64,000 nucleotides of DNA from Tortispora ganteri (GCA_003707115.1 PPNB01000001.1:186001-250000), one strand, 5' to 3'. Counted from the first letter of the stretch, positions 43,133-57,301 are shown. A program made the numbers and translations. The notes: generated by a model not told the origin, from the letters alone.

Positions 43133-46100
43133 TTAAATATCTCTGTTATATTGCACTCCAATCGAATCATTAATTAGCAAGAATTGAGTCTTGTCCTCTC
43201 TAGGTGCAGTCCAATCAATGTGAAACCTCAACTCATTTTCCTCACAAGGAACACGCTTAAATGCGTAGATAATGCCCAGCTCTTTGCTACAAACGATCCC
43301 GATCCATTGTTCTCGTAGTGGCCGATGATAATTACATGTGTAGAGACTGTATCCTTGGTCTGTAGTTTTCACGTCTTTATGGAACGTGATATCGATACCG
43401 CGTTGGTTCCGCTTGACTTCAAGCTTACCAAACGGTAAATGCGTCACAGTCTTTATAAATGCTGACGCAAACTTCGGCGCAATTTGAAAGTCACTCATAC
43501 ATTGCTGTGCTTGTTTTGTATTATAGCCACGAAGTTCATTAATAGATGAGAGCTTAGAGGATCCGGCGTTCTTGTTGACTCCTGGTAAACCATAGATAGG
43601 ATCTATGTTCCCCGAATAACGCTGTTTAACAGAATGTATAAACTGAATTATCTGCAAAACAGTACATAAATAGCCTTTTTCTGCTGCTATATCCATAATA
43701 CAATCTGATAATCTTAAAGCTAGTTCAAGAATTAGACGGCCGTCAGCAACCATATCTGCAAACGAGTGATGCACGCGCTGTCGATATGCTTCAATCAGTA
43801 CAATAGCTTTCATCCGACAAATCTGCCCAAAGCATTCCCCATATTCTCTAGTCAGTCCTAGTCTATCACTCAATTTCCGCAAATAGGCTGCATCAGCGTG
43901 CGCGCAGGGAATATTTCGGAATTCAGCACTTGCTGTTATCAGTTTCACGATGTCAGCAGAACTGGAGTCCTGCCGGATATTAGTCAAAAGATAGCGCAGA
44001 CTGGAATGGGAAACATTATAAAAACAGATTATATTCAGGAACTTTGTACCTGATAACATGACAGACGCTGGATCATAATCTTTGAGGCAACCGGAACGAT
44101 TTAGTTCTTCGCAAACTGTATCAATAACGTTGGTTAACCACGAATCTATACCCACTTTATCTGATGAAAAAGCTCCATAATATGAAGGGTTACTGTATAT
44201 TCTCTGATACAAGAATGTCCCTGAAATAAAACGCATCGCATCCATTTTATCTTGAACTGAACCGTTCGCAATTTGAGCACCAATAAAATCGGCTAACTGA
44301 CCGTATAAATTTGATTCAATAGGGAATCCAGATCGCATGAAGCTTTCGTAAAACCCCTTTTTAGATTCTTTTGTTAAAATAACGACATTATTACTGGAAA
44401 ACCCGTGAACAGCATAGATGGAATCTTGGATTTGATTCCCATCATCAGTTCTTGCCTCAAAGAATCCATCATGACTCGAGTCATAGAAATCCGAACCTTT
44501 AATAATCACCAATTTTGAAGTTAAGTCGGCGCTGGGAGGGGAGAATTTTGTTGAAACAAGAATCTGTATACTGCCGCTCTGATATAATTGTTCACATATA
44601 TTTCTGTCGGATTCCACCATTCCCGAATGCCATGTGCCGATACCAAATTGCAAGGTAAAGCGAAGTATAGGATCGGCAATTTTATTCAAGATCGCATCAA
44701 GTTCATCGTCTGAAATTGTCAAATAACGTTTTGGATTATCTTCAATGGCACAGAAATTCGTGAGGTCCATAGTTGTTAAGCGAAGCTGGCGTCGAGAATT
44801 CACAAACACGATTACAGGTTCACGGGGTGCAAAATGCTTTATGGAAGTGAACACAGATTTGTTCATTACTTTCATTAAACTGTTACCACTCAAATTGTCA
44901 GGAAACCCCTCTATATGTATGCCAGTACGCTCTGTTTTGATCGATTGAGAAAAGTTATAGATGCCAGAGTATGTGCACTCAAGCCAACATCCAAAATCAA
45001 AAGCATTAGATACAGTTATGGCTGATCCAAATATCCTGAGTGAATTTCGCACATTATACTCTAGTGCCTTGATTCGGGTAACAATTTTTTCTAGATCATT
45101 ATTATCCAAAGCTACCATATGCAAGCTATCGATAATGATTAAGGAGACATTTTCACAAAATGCTGAAAACTTAGCCGACCTCGTTATTGTTTCAAATGAA
45201 GAAGCACTAAAGACGATTATTTCGGCTTCTTTAATTCTCAATAAAATTCCCGACATTTGGTTAATTTCTGCAACGGCATTTATACCAAGGCGACCAAGTC
45301 GACGATTGCAAGTGCGCACCATCGCAGCAGCAGCTTCGATGCTTGGCAAAATGAAGCAGACTTTTTTACCAGGTGATTCCCTAATAGCCTTTAAAGTAGC
45401 CAGCTCATAAGCGATTTCAATACCAGATTTGCTAGGTGCTCCAATGAATAGGTTAGAATCACTATAATAAATTGAATGAAATGTTTGTGTTAACATGGGA
45501 TTGAAGTACTGAAACTGTTCAGCATAAAAGCACTCCAAGTCATAGTTTTGCAATGCACTTAATGGTAAGGGTCGCAAACTAAGACTGCTTGTTTGATGAA
45601 AATCAAAAGTAGGAGAAACTAGATGGTCTAAAGGGACGTGGACAACAGTTTCACTACCGGCCCATCTATCAGATGTAGCTCGGACTATCACTTCCTTGGT
45701 TTCTGATACTTTGAGAGGTATGGAAAAGTCTAGTCGATATGGATCAGACGAAGCACTGGATGATTTTGTCAAGATTATGCGATCAACTTCAAGGAGCTCG
45801 CTGGTATCAGCTGTTTCAACCCATATCCAAAAAGCTTCAGACTTATAATGGAACCTTTCATTCCATTCAAAATCCGAGAAAATCTCCAAATGGATTTCTA
45901 AAATAGATGATGTGATTGGTTTCGCCAACGTTTGAAGGCTTAGTAACGGAAAGTAAGACGCGTAACGGACTATCTTTTCAGCCAGTTTCGGATTATTCAA
46001 ATGCCGAGAAACTTCATTGCAATCCATAATACGTATTTCCGAGACAGATTCAAAATTGTTCTCAAGATAAGAGTAGGCACTAACAGGAAGATCAAACTGC

Positions 46101-48874
46101 CTCAATGGGGTTTCAAAAGACCAAACACGCAGGTCGATACTTTTGCAAACAGATAATAGCACACCCGCAAGAATACCCCAGCGTCGCAGTAATGCTACAT
46201 TAAATAAGGCTCGACATAAACGTGCAGCATTTTGTGCGACGTAATAGGCATCTGAGATTAAAGTGAATGCTTTTAGTTCTGCCCTTGAAATATATGCTTG
46301 CAATAGAATATTAGCTTTGCCCTCAGGAGAATCTGAAGTTCCCGCTACTTCGCAGGGACAAACATTATTCTTTAGCTGGAGCAATTCTTCGAACTCTTCT
46401 TCTCGTGATTTAAGCTGTTCAAATTCCCCGCTCATACTTACCACAGCAAAAACATCGGCTTCTGTTGCATCAGGGTTCAACATTTTATTAAAGATTTCAA
46501 CACTAGTATTCATCAAGTAAAAATCAGAAGCGATCCTTCCAACGTTCCTCGGCGTAAGTGTACCGGTATCTTCCTCAAAACTGATCATTTCTACCTCAGA
46601 CAACCTCTGTGCTGCAGAAGAAATTAACTCAGACCTCCGCAATATTAGTCCTTGATCATCACTAAGATCCTTCCAGTTTAGTCCGTAACCTAACGGGTTC
46701 CTTCTCATTCGCACATACATGTAAGTATAACCCAACCAATCTATACCTTCTGCAATAGACCCTACAGTTCCAAGAGAGATTTCAGCATTAAGACAATCAA
46801 CCAACCTGCTTGAAAAGTTAGATTCGATCGGTTTTTGTTGGGTAACAGTAGCGACGTAATGGCTAAGACGGTCTGCAGTTGTAACAAGAAATGCAATACC
46901 TGTGGATTCAAACTGGGGACGACCAGCACGACCAAATATCTGAATTACGTCGCTAGCAGGTAAATCGCAATAGCCATTTTTACTGGGATTGTAGACTTGA
47001 GTGCCTCGAATTATCACAGCCGCGGCAGGCAGATTAACACCCCAGGCTAGGGTCGCAGTGCAGCAAAGCACTTTAATATGGCCTTTCGAAAAGACTTTTT
47101 CCATTAAGTTGCGGTCAGATCGAACCAGCCCCGCATGATGAATGCCAAATCCATTTCGAAATAGTTCGCGCAGTTCCTTTGCCTTCACAGATTGCATGTC
47201 TTTCTGTGATAAGGAATAGCCATCCTCTTCCGAGCAATCTAGATAAGAACGTAAATCCTCCTGCCGTATTCTATCAAACATTTCTCTGGCCGTTCTTATA
47301 GTATCTTTCCTAGAATGCACAAAAATCATGACCTGATGACCAGCTTTCAACATTTCAGTAAGCTTGTCAAACGTTGCAGCATCTGTATTCTCAGATACTT
47401 GTCTAGAGCCAGCCTTTCCATGCACACCTATAAAATGCTGCTCTAGCGGAACAGGTCTAAAAGAAGCATCAAAAAAGAAAAGACCAGCTTGAGGGTTAAC
47501 CCTGAGGAAGTTTGCGACATCAAGATAATTTGGCAATGTAGCGGATAGACCGACCATTCGAATCATGCTTTGTGACGACTCCACTTGACGTAAAGTACGC
47601 GCCACTATACTTTCAATTACGGCACCTCTTTCTTCGTCAAGTAAATGTACTTCGTCAATGATGAGTAGCTTTACTTTGTTTACGAAATTATTATCCCCTG
47701 TTGATTTTCGTGTTACCACATCCCATTTTTCTGGGGTAGTCACAATAACTTGAGTTTCTGCAATTTCTTTCCGAGTCAGTTGCATATCACCGGTCAACTC
47801 ACGCACATTTATTCCTAACCAGGCCAATTTCCTCGTATATTTGTCAACAATTTCAGCGGCAAGAGCCTTCAAAGGAGCCACATAAACTATTTTGAAAGCA
47901 GTTTTGTCGACATTCACAGAAGAATCATTCACAAATTTGCAGTTATCTTTGATTGTATGTAACATAGTCAAAAGAGCAACATCTGTTTTTCCAGCACCTG
48001 TCGGAGCGCATATTAGCAAGTTCTCATTTGTATTGTAAGCAATCGGGAATACTATTGATTGTATCCGATTTAGTGTGGAATAATGGGCAAAGGTATTTCG
48101 ACATAGTATATCTGATCTCGAGATATTAATTAGAGGAATGTTAGCGGCTTTAGGAATTGATTTAGATGAAGCTGGTATTGAAATCTCTTCGTATAGCTGG
48201 AAAGATTGTTGTTCGGAGCCCTCAGGCAAAGCATACCGAGATCCAAGGGATGACAGTGTATTGCCGCCAGATTTACTCTTAAAAACATATGGCAGATTCT
48301 GTAAAGGCGTGTTTCCAAGATGTAATTCTTTGAATTCATAGTGTTCAATGGTAGAGACTTGAGGAGCTTTATAGTTGTTACCCAGTATTCTCTTCTGTTG
48401 TTTGATATCTTTACGCTTTCGTTTCAATTCATCAAGGTCAGCTTGAGATTGAAAATGAACATTTGAGAACGCAACGTTCTGTAGATCAACAAGGTCACGT
48501 CTCTTATTCACAATTTCATTAATTGTGTCTATGAATGAGTTATTGAACATGACTAGCAATGTTTCATGCAATTGAGAATCATCAAGATCACTTGAAATAA
48601 GCATCTTTAAGTTACTTTTTAGTTCACTATAGTCAGATTCAAGCTCTCTGGCTATGCTACTGCAGGCAGTTGAGAACCAATCGCTTGATTCATCCTGCGG
48701 TTCCTGATCAATAAACAGATCATTTGACCATATGGGTACGTCGAAACAATCAAAAATCGGATCCTTGTCAAAATCTTCCGGTGCTTCTAAAATTGTATTA
48801 ATGTTCGCATACAGCGATTTCATATCATTTAAGGACTTTATGAACTGCTTTATAAACGTTTCATTATTATTCAT
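43133..48874 (-). CDS. SLH1: Ski2-like tandem-cassette helicase Slh1/Rqt2 (ASCC3 orthologue)
   Basis: LPYVF...GNTLS...YALPEGS pre-helicase motif, APTGAGKT, DEVH, RPVPLEQHFIG, GRAGRPQF, Sec63 units, second cassette opening FNPM. Confidence 0.88.
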   Translation of the reverse strand: MNNNETFIKQFIKSLNDMKSLYANINTILEAPEDFDKDPIFDCFDVPIWSNDLFIDQEPQDESSDWFSTACSSIARELESDYSELKSNLKMLISSDLDDSQLHETLLVMFNNSFIDTINEIVNKRRDLVDLQNVAFSNVHFQSQADLDELKRKRKDIKQQKRILGNNYKAPQVSTIEHYEFKELHLGNTPLQNLPYVFKSKSGGNTLSSLGSRYALPEGSEQQSFQLYEEISIPASSKSIPKAANIPLINISRSDILCRNTFAHYSTLNRIQSIVFPIAYNTNENLLICAPTGAGKTDVALLTMLHTIKDNCKFVNDSSVNVDKTAFKIVYVAPLKALAAEIVDKYTRKLAWLGINVRELTGDMQLTRKEIAETQVIVTTPEKWDVVTRKSTGDNNFVNKVKLLIIDEVHLLDEERGAVIESIVARTLRQVESSQSMIRMVGLSATLPNYLDVANFLRVNPQAGLFFFDASFRPVPLEQHFIGVHGKAGSRQVSENTDAATFDKLTEMLKAGHQVMIFVHSRKDTIRTAREMFDRIRQEDLRSYLDCSEEDGYSLSQKDMQSVKAKELRELFRNGFGIHHAGLVRSDRNLMEKVFSKGHIKVLCCTATLAWGVNLPAAAVIIRGTQVYNPSKNGYCDLPASDVIQIFGRAGRPQFESTGIAFLVTTADRLSHYVATVTQQKPIESNFSSRLVDCLNAEISLGTVGSIAEGIDWLGYTYMYVRMRRNPLGYGLNWKDLSDDQGLILRRSELISSAAQRLSEVEMISFEEDTGTLTPRNVGRIASDFYLMNTSVEIFNKMLNPDATEADVFAVVSMSGEFEQLKSREEEFEELLQLKNNVCPCEVAGTSDSPEGKANILLQAYISRAELKAFTLISDAYYVAQNAARLCRALFNVALLRRWGILAGVLLSVCKSIDLRVWSFETPLRQFDLPVSAYSYLENNFESVSEIRIMDCNEVSRHLNNPKLAEKIVRYASYFPLLSLQTLAKPITSSILEIHLEIFSDFEWNERFHYKSEAFWIWVETADTSELLEVDRIILTKSSSASSDPYRLDFSIPLKVSETKEVIVRATSDRWAGSETVVHVPLDHLVSPTFDFHQTSSLSLRPLPLSALQNYDLECFYAEQFQYFNPMLTQTFHSIYYSDSNLFIGAPSKSGIEIAYELATLKAIRESPGKKVCFILPSIEAAAAMVRTCNRRLGRLGINAVAEINQMSGILLRIKEAEIIVFSASSFETITRSAKFSAFCENVSLIIIDSLHMVALDNNDLEKIVTRIKALEYNVRNSLRIFGSAITVSNAFDFGCWLECTYSGIYNFSQSIKTERTGIHIEGFPDNLSGNSLMKVMNKSVFTSIKHFAPREPVIVFVNSRRQLRLTTMDLTNFCAIEDNPKRYLTISDDELDAILNKIADPILRFTLQFGIGTWHSGMVESDRNICEQLYQSGSIQILVSTKFSPPSADLTSKLVIIKGSDFYDSSHDGFFEARTDDGNQIQDSIYAVHGFSSNNVVILTKESKKGFYESFMRSGFPIESNLYGQLADFIGAQIANGSVQDKMDAMRFISGTFLYQRIYSNPSYYGAFSSDKVGIDSWLTNVIDTVCEELNRSGCLKDYDPASVMLSGTKFLNIICFYNVSHSSLRYLLTNIRQDSSSADIVKLITASAEFRNIPCAHADAAYLRKLSDRLGLTREYGECFGQICRMKAIVLIEAYRQRVHHSFADMVADGRLILELALRLSDCIMDIAAEKGYLCTVLQIIQFIHSVKQRYSGNIDPIYGLPGVNKNAGSSKLSSINELRGYNTKQAQQCMSDFQIAPKFASAFIKTVTHLPFGKLEVKRNQRGIDITFHKDVKTTDQGYSLYTCNYHRPLREQWIGIVCSKELGIIYAFKRVPCEENELRFHIDWTAPREDKTQFLLINDSIGVQYNRDI

Positions 48875-49641
48875 TTATACGATAGTAGAATTTCGAACCT
48901 CGGAAATTCGAGCAGCATATTTCATTACCCTTTACCCTAATAAGAAGTAAGAAAAAAATCTTAATGTGGTACCTTCTTTTACAATTACTGCCCAGAGAAT
49001 CGCCTACTAGCCTCTTCATTGTGTTACTCTTTTTTCTCAAAGTTATCTACTCCTTGTTTTTTTCTTTCACATTCTTACAACCTTTGAAATTCTAAAGCAC
49101 AATATAGCATACAATATTGGTTCACTAATATTCTGTATTAAACCGGATTAAACACTGATTGCTTTACTTATTGACTTACTGCCGCATATTGCCCCATTCT
49201 CCTTCATTGTTCCATACAAACATATAGGGGTGTATAGTCACTATTAACTGGCTAGTATTTTTCTCAGTTTGCATTTTGCATTATTTCTCACATTTTTTTT
49301 TTTACTTAGATTTTTGGCTTTGAGACGTGTCGTTGAAGCAAATTCTACTGCACGCATCTCTATAAAGAAACAACTAAAATCACGAGAGACCGCTAAACAG
49401 AAGCATCATTCTTATCTATATCAAAAGAATAAAAATAACTCGATCTGTTTATCCTTTTCTTAAACGCATATTATCATATAGCATCAAAACACTCGTGCGG
49501 TTGGATTTGCTCTTAAGTCAACTTAGGTTTTTCTTTCAATAACTCTGTTGTTTGTCATACCTGTCACCTTATATACCGCATCAATTTACCTCTTCACCGA
49601 GCTTTACCTTCTAAGCTTGTCTATATCTGTGCCATATTTGA

Positions 49642-51651
<2,010 letters not shown>

Positions 51652-51904
51652 AATCATCTATACACTTATGATATTATCATACTTTCAAGAACATAACAGT
51701 TGTTGTGCTTATTTTTTCTTGCTAGACAGCTATATCTCTTCCCGTACGTGTAATCATTTTATGATATATTTTGAAAGGTTGTTTGCAAGTCAATTGGTTT
51801 ATATTTACCACCATTAGTATTTATATTGTGTATGCCCGTGTAAATCCCTGAGGCTGGGAACTGCCACCTTTCTTCCGACAACCACATTAAACACCAAATC
51901 CACT

Positions 51905-52844
51905 ATGATTTGGCCATTTAATAAGGTAAATATACATTTTTGTTTATATAAATCTGTTTATTAACAATCATTAGACTAGTATTCCGGCTAAATACGAACA
52001 AGAACTGGATCAATTAACCAAGGCGGCAACAAATGCTGAAGAAAAGAAATACAGATATGAAGAGCTAAAGCAGAGAGTACGAATATGGTATTTAATATAT
52101 TCAGTGCTAGCTTACATCATATTCTTTGTCCTTGAGTTAAAACTAGGATTTATACGTAATAACGAGAGCTTGAGTAGCAAACAGGTATTGCTACGAATAA
52201 TGACGATAACGATGGGACCAATAATAATATACCTAGGATTACGAACGCTGAACTCGTTTTTTAACAAGCTAATTAATCGTTCTGATTATAAATCTAAACG
52301 GTTAAATAAAGAAATACACAAAAAAATTGAAGAGCTTAAATCAAGCACTAAGTTTTACTCAACGCAAGAGCTGCTGAATCGATTCGGTGATGATGAGCAA
52401 GCAAAGTATCTTCGAAAACGCAGAACAGAGCTCGAGAAGCAAGAAAAGCTTTTGAAGGAAAGGCAATTACGAATCATAGAATCCAACGTAGGTACAACAG
52501 TATCCGGAAATTGGTATGATCGTTTGCTAGAGAAACTTATTGGAATCAGTGATACTTCGCCAAATTCAAGATATGCTTTAATTTGTCAGAAATGCTATCA
52601 TCACAATGGGTTAGCTATGCCTGGACAGAATCCAGAAAATATCAAGTTCCTATGTAGCAATTGCAAGACATTGAATCCTGTTGAGCAATCTAGCGAATCG
52701 TCCGACGAAGATCAAGCATTACGCCAAGACGCCGAAGACACAGAAAAGAACTCGGGTCTTGAAGTGCAACAAGATCAATCTGTCGAAAAGCACGCGATAT
52801 CAAAACCAGAACAAAAACAGCAGGACTTGGTAAGTGATGTTTGA
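51905..52844 (+). CDS. LNP1: Lunapark ER-junction protein, spliced
   Basis: Exon 1 51905-51925 (MIWPFNK), 49-nt intron GTAAAT...TATTAAC...TAG, exon 2 51975-52844; two TM helices, TKFYSTQELLNRF, WYDRLL, RYALICQKCYHHNGLA...CSNC zinc finger. Confidence 0.9.
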
Positions 52845-52935
52845 GTATTTTTTCAGTATTTTTCTGAAAAAATATTAAGTTGATATATAAACAACATGTG
52901 CCCTATACATTCTTCGCTCACTATGGCGAAGTGAT

Positions 52936-52944
52936 GTGAGTCAT
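52936..52944. promoter_or_regulatory. Gcn4/Cpc1 (AP-1)-type site upstream of GCV2, includes the Bas1 core TGACTC
   Basis: GTGAGTCAT (ATGACTCAC on minus strand), about 280 bp upstream of the GCV2 ATG. Confidence 0.55.
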
Positions 52945-53221
52945 CGTACGCGATTGGTTGATACAGCTGATCTAAACCTTATTCACGAACTTTATTAATG
53001 CCGAAAATGATATACTAGGGTAGTGACGAAAATACAACATATCCAAAGAAATATACCGCTTTAAGCGCACACTGAAATAGAGCCATCTCCTTCCGAAAGC
53101 TCCTTTTTTTCTTGCTCGCTTACTTTCATCTATACGAACTTTCTACTGGCATAACGATTACTGTTATTGGCTTTAGTCGGTGCCCTGACAGATTGATACG
53201 CAGATAGAAAGATATATCTCA

Positions 53222-56191
53222 ATGTCGTCAGTTTGTCGTCGCATTTTCGTTACCGCTAATCGCGCTCTTCTGTCTCATGTCAGATATAGCTCGTCGAAAA
53301 CTGAATCTATTTTTGAACTGAAAGACAAGTTTTACCCTCATCATGTGGGTAGCGTCGGAAAAGATGTTGATGATATGTTGAAAGTAGTAGGATCTGAGAG
53401 CATGGATCAATTCGTGCAATCGGTTTTGCCCAAAGATGTCCTCATCGAAAGGCCTTTAAAAATTGAACCATCTGCGGGCTTTACTGAACCTGAACTGATC
53501 AAGCGCTTGAAGAATATAATGTCTAAAAATAAAGTACTCCGAAGCTTCATTGGAGCAGGGTATTACAGCACGATTCTGCCACCTGTTATTCAACGAAACA
53601 TTTTAGAATGCCCTGAATGGTATACCTCCTACACGCCTTATCAACCTGAAATATCTCAGGGCCGCCTTGAATCACTATTGAACTTTCAGACCTTAGTCTC
53701 CGATTTGACCGGTATGGATGTCGCCAATAGCTCTCTCCTCGATGAGGGCACAGCCGCGGCTGAAGCCATGATCATGTCCGTCAATGCTACCAAAGGTAAA
53801 CGGTTTCGTTTTTTTGTCCATGATTCTGTACATCCTCATACTATAGAATGTATCCAGTCCAGAGCTTCTCCCCTTGGTATTGAGGTACTTGTGGGACTAC
53901 CTGGAGAAGATATCGATGCAAAGTCTATTGCGGGAGTTCTTGTGCAGTACCCTGCCACTGATGGCAGTTTGAGCGACTGGACGGAGCTTGGAAAATTAGT
54001 TCATGAGAAAGGAGGTCTTTTTTGCGTTGCTACTGACTTAATGGCATTGACTATCGTCAAGCCCCCTTCCGAGTTTGGTGCTGATATTGTTATGGGAACC
54101 TCTCAACGATTTGGTGTGCCACTTGGTTTTGGAGGGCCACATGCAGCTTTTTTTGCTGTCACGGATGAATTGAAACGTCGTATGCCTGGACGTATTATTG
54201 GTATCAGCAAGGACAGACTTGGCAACAAAGCCTACCGCCTGGCACTTCAAACTCGTGAACAGCATATCAGACGTGAAAAGGCTACTTCTAATATTTGCAC
54301 TGCACAAGCTTTGCTGGCGAATATATCTGCTATGTATGCTGTGTATCATGGACCTGAAGGCTTAAAAACTATTGCTAATCGAATTTACAGTCTCACCTCT
54401 ATACTTCAGGCCGGCCTCTCTCAACATGGCATCAATGTAAAGAATGATAACTGGTTTGATACATTGACTGTTGACGTTGGAAATGCTGATCCTATTTTAG
54501 AATTAGCAGAATCTGAATACGGTATTAATCTCCGTAAAGTTGACGAATCTACTGTTGGTGTCAGCATTGATGAAGCTACCACAGAATCTGACGTTAATGA
54601 TATCCTGAAGATTTTTACTTCGGGAAAATCTACTGCTGCTATTGATATTGCTTCTTCTTTATCTATTACTTCTGAAACCCCTGCTACTATCCCTGCTGAG
54701 TTTGCTAGGTCTGGTGCTATTCTAGACTATGATGTGTTTAAATCACATCATACTGAAACGGAAATGCTCCGGTATATTCATTTACTTCAAACTCGCGATC
54801 TTTCGTTAGCTAATTCAATGATTCCCCTTGGATCTTGCACTATGAAACTGAATGCTACCACTGAGATGCTACCCATAACATGGGATAACGTCGCTAACAT
54901 ACACCCATTTGTTCCTATCCGTCAAACCTCTGGATATATTGAACTCTTCAAGGAGCTCGAGGAGGATCTCGCGGATATCACAGGGTTTGATGAGGTTTCC
55001 TTACAGCCTAATTCTGGTGCTCAGGGCGAGTATACTGGACTCAGAGCTATTTGTGCTTACCAGCAACTTCAAGGTGAAGGACATCGTAATATTTGCTTAA
55101 TTCCAGTATCAGCACATGGAACCAACCCTGCATCCGCAGCAATGGCTGGTCTAAAAGTTGTCGCTGTGAAATGCCTTGCGAATGGCGAACTCGATCTGGC
55201 TGATCTTCACGCTAAAGCTGAAAAACACAAAGCTAATTTGTCTGCCATTATGATTACGTATCCTAGTACATATGGTGTGTTTGAACCTACTGTCCGCGAA
55301 GCTTGCCGATTAGTTCATGAGTATGGAGGGCAGGTTTACATGGATGGTGCAAACATGAATGCTCAGATTGGGTTGACTAGCCCTGGTGAGCTCGGTGCTG
55401 ATGTTTGTCATCTGAACTTACATAAAACTTTCTGCATTCCTCACGGTGGGGGTGGTCCTGGAATGGGTCCCATAGGCGTTAAAAAGCATTTGGCACCGTT
55501 TCTTCCTGGTCACATTCACAAAAAAGTAAATGGCTTAGCAGGTGATAAAGTAATACTTCCGGTATCTGCTGCTCCCTGGGGCTCTGCGAGTATTTTGCCT
55601 ATATCGTGGGCTTATATCAAGCTTATGGGAGGAGTAGGTCTTAAAAAGGCTACTCAAATGGCCCTTCTGAATGCCAACTACATGTTGAATCGTCTTAAGG
55701 AACATTACGATGTCCTTTACACCAATTCTCAAGGACGATGCGCACATGAGTTTATTATTGATATTCGACCATTTAAGGCTTCGAGTGGTATTGAAGCTAT
55801 TGATGTTGCAAAAAGACTTCAGGACTATGGATTCCACAGCCCAACTATGTCGTTCCCGGTTGCGAATACTCTGATGATAGAACCCACGGAATCTGAACCT
55901 AAAGCCGAGTTAGATCGCTACTGCGATGCCTTGATTCAAATTCGCCAAGAAATTCGTGAAATAGAAGAAGGAAAGGTGCCCAAGGATAACAATGTGTTGA
56001 AGAATTCGCCACATCCTCCTCAGGATATTGCTTCTGATTCCTGGGATAGGCCGTATTCTCGCGCCCAAGCTGTGTATCCTTTGGAGTACTTGAGATCTAA
56101 GAAATTTTGGCCTCCTGTTGCTCGTCTCGATGATGTTTATGGAGACATGAATTTGTTCTGTACATGCGAGGCACCAGCGCTTGAAAACTAA
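53222..56191 (+). CDS. GCV2: Glycine decarboxylase P subunit, mitochondrial
   Basis: [63 protein letters not shown]. Confidence 0.98.
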   Translation: MSSVCRRIFVTANRALLSHVRYSSSKTESIFELKDKFYPHHVGSVGKDVDDMLKVVGSESMDQFVQSVLPKDVLIERPLKIEPSAGFTEPELIKRLKNIMSKNKVLRSFIGAGYYSTILPPVIQRNILECPEWYTSYTPYQPEISQGRLESLLNFQTLVSDLTGMDVANSSLLDEGTAAAEAMIMSVNATKGKRFRFFVHDSVHPHTIECIQSRASPLGIEVLVGLPGEDIDAKSIAGVLVQYPATDGSLSDWTELGKLVHEKGGLFCVATDLMALTIVKPPSEFGADIVMGTSQRFGVPLGFGGPHAAFFAVTDELKRRMPGRIIGISKDRLGNKAYRLALQTREQHIRREKATSNICTAQALLANISAMYAVYHGPEGLKTIANRIYSLTSILQAGLSQHGINVKNDNWFDTLTVDVGNADPILELAESEYGINLRKVDESTVGVSIDEATTESDVNDILKIFTSGKSTAAIDIASSLSITSETPATIPAEFARSGAILDYDVFKSHHTETEMLRYIHLLQTRDLSLANSMIPLGSCTMKLNATTEMLPITWDNVANIHPFVPIRQTSGYIELFKELEEDLADITGFDEVSLQPNSGAQGEYTGLRAICAYQQLQGEGHRNICLIPVSAHGTNPASAAMAGLKVVAVKCLANGELDLADLHAKAEKHKANLSAIMITYPSTYGVFEPTVREACRLVHEYGGQVYMDGANMNAQIGLTSPGELGADVCHLNLHKTFCIPHGGGGPGMGPIGVKKHLAPFLPGHIHKKVNGLAGDKVILPVSAAPWGSASILPISWAYIKLMGGVGLKKATQMALLNANYMLNRLKEHYDVLYTNSQGRCAHEFIIDIRPFKASSGIEAIDVAKRLQDYGFHSPTMSFPVANTLMIEPTESEPKAELDRYCDALIQIRQEIREIEEGKVPKDNNVLKNSPHPPQDIASDSWDRPYSRAQAVYPLEYLRSKKFWPPVARLDDVYGDMNLFCTCEAPALEN

Positions 56192-56425
56192 AGATTCAAG
56201 GCAACATTACTGGCTATGTTACCGGAAATAAAAGGGAACTATATATATTAGGTCACAAGGTCCTATATTAAAACAACACAAATGTATCCTCTCAACAAGG
56301 AACATTACTTATTCATTATTTGACACTTCTACAGATGCCGAAACGATATTACATAATTATATATTTTGAATTAAGCATACGTAAACGGTGCATTTCATTA
56401 TGTGCGTGCATCAACAAATCATAAA

Positions 56426-57301
56426 TCATGGCTCGACTATATCTACAAATATGTTTTGGTCATTATGAGGGTACATGTGAAAATCTCGGTGTATCGCAAA
56501 AGCTGCGTTTGCAGATTTTGTACGCACTAGCCACATGCTTCCTGAGAATTCATCAAACGGTAGTTTTTCAACAGCTTTTAACTCATTGTCAATAAGTTCG
56601 TAGTCCGTAAGCAATTGGATCATGGCATGATGAGGCATAGCAAAGGGAAATCCATACATAAGAACAGTACCCACCCATGACTCTTCCTGCTGCGAGCGAT
56701 TCAAATAGCCTTTGTTGTCTTTAGGTATATGTGAATTTAAGAATATGATAGGCTGGCCATTGATTTGTGGAGTTGGGTCCTTATGGCGCATTAAATCAAG
56801 GAATCTGGCGGCCATGTTAGGTTTGAAGGAAAGGAAGTAGCCAAATCGCCGCAGCATGTTAGTGTTAGACCTGCTATATTTCAGCTGGAAGTACAAATCA
56901 TGCTCTTTATTCTTTTGAAATATCTCTTTTGCAATGTCAGAGGGCATAAGCCTCACAAAGTCACCCCACTGAAAGGACATTGATCGTGTCGGAACGTAAA
57001 GATCATCAGAATATTGCGATTCCGTGAAGCTTCTCGAAGGCAAGTCTTTGCTGTTGCTTCCAGATTTCAATTTTTTTTTTAATCCAAAAAAGTGGTCCTC
57101 TGGGGTTAATGTAATCGATTTTTGGTGTTGTATTTGCGAAGATATGATAGATCGTAGCTCGTTAGGGTCTCTTGTTAAAGCAAACAACCGTGAGGTCAGT
57201 TTGCCTAGTCGTGCGGTATTGGAAACATCGCTTTTCCACCGACCCGAGGATATCAACTTTTGACACGCCGTAGGTCTAAAATTATGTGGAGCTACACACA
57301 T
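56426..57301 (-). CDS. Hypothetical protein, possibly mitochondrial, with RRM-like C-terminus
   Basis: 291-aa ATG-initiated ORF in a gene-sized slot; basic N-terminus; VLMYGFP...WLVRTKSANAAFAIHRDFH resembles a degenerate RRM. Confidence 0.6.
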   Translation of the reverse strand: MCVAPHNFRPTACQKLISSGRWKSDVSNTARLGKLTSRLFALTRDPNELRSIISSQIQHQKSITLTPEDHFFGLKKKLKSGSNSKDLPSRSFTESQYSDDLYVPTRSMSFQWGDFVRLMPSDIAKEIFQKNKEHDLYFQLKYSRSNTNMLRRFGYFLSFKPNMAARFLDLMRHKDPTPQINGQPIIFLNSHIPKDNKGYLNRSQQEESWVGTVLMYGFPFAMPHHAMIQLLTDYELIDNELKAVEKLPFDEFSGSMWLVRTKSANAAFAIHRDFHMYPHNDQNIFVDIVEP

